Both the position numbers and the translations under genes were made by a program. From positions 434,001 to 498,000 of the forward strand of contig CAKKNE010000004.1 in assembly GCA_918797485.1 (NCBI GenBank): a DNA stretch of 64,000 nucleotides, read 5' to 3'. The notes below the pieces were generated by a model that saw only the letters and a program-made list of their open reading frames with translations, was not told the origin of the DNA and ran no database searches. Shown here piece by piece: positions 63,961 to 64,000 of this stretch. The stretch comes from Pelagomonas calceolata. Taxonomy: Eukaryota. Each line of letters opens with the position of its first letter. The first letter of the stretch is position 1.

Positions 63961-64000
63961 GCTAGTTGTGTGACTTAGTCCTGCTTGTTGTAGCTGAGCC

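Noticed and set aside
1..64000. tRNA, rRNA or autonomous transposon genes
   Set aside because: No cloverleaf, rRNA signature, transposase or reverse transcriptase motifs were recognised by eye; tRNAscan and Rfam were not run.

Overview
Gene-dense, GC-rich eukaryotic DNA from a photosynthetic stramenopile, most likely a pelagophyte such as Pelagomonas or Aureococcus (inferred from a red-lineage LHC with a bipartite presequence, GC-AG introns, introner-like introns and a selenoprotein). About 33 coding regions are supported. They include an EamA transporter, a COG0523/CobW GTPase, an LHC, an XPD-like protein, a CBM20-TPS-TPP, a DnaJ protein, three SAM/U-box proteins, a DHHC enzyme, RCC1, ABI, RPA12, a WW-MyTH4-FERM protein, snurportin-1, a MORN protein and a NEK kinase. 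Six things stand out. (1) A ~3,160-aa four-exon hybrid histidine kinase with 20 tandem 120-aa PAS repeats, a SAP DNA-binding motif inside the kinase core and a Skp1/BTB-like N-terminus. (2) A selenoprotein split by the ORF track, with a CxxU motif (in-frame TGA), a SAP domain, a plastid-type presequence and a non-canonical SECIS. (3) A ~22-bp CTAG-TGTCTTACA-N3-CG-CTAG element upstream of most genes (~16 copies). (4) Introner-type introns with TIR/TSD signatures, including one family shared by unrelated genes. (5) A NUP50-RCC1 fusion. (6) Several abrupt chimeric or deletion junctions that may be biological or assembly artefacts. All domain calls come from motif recognition by eye; no searches were run.
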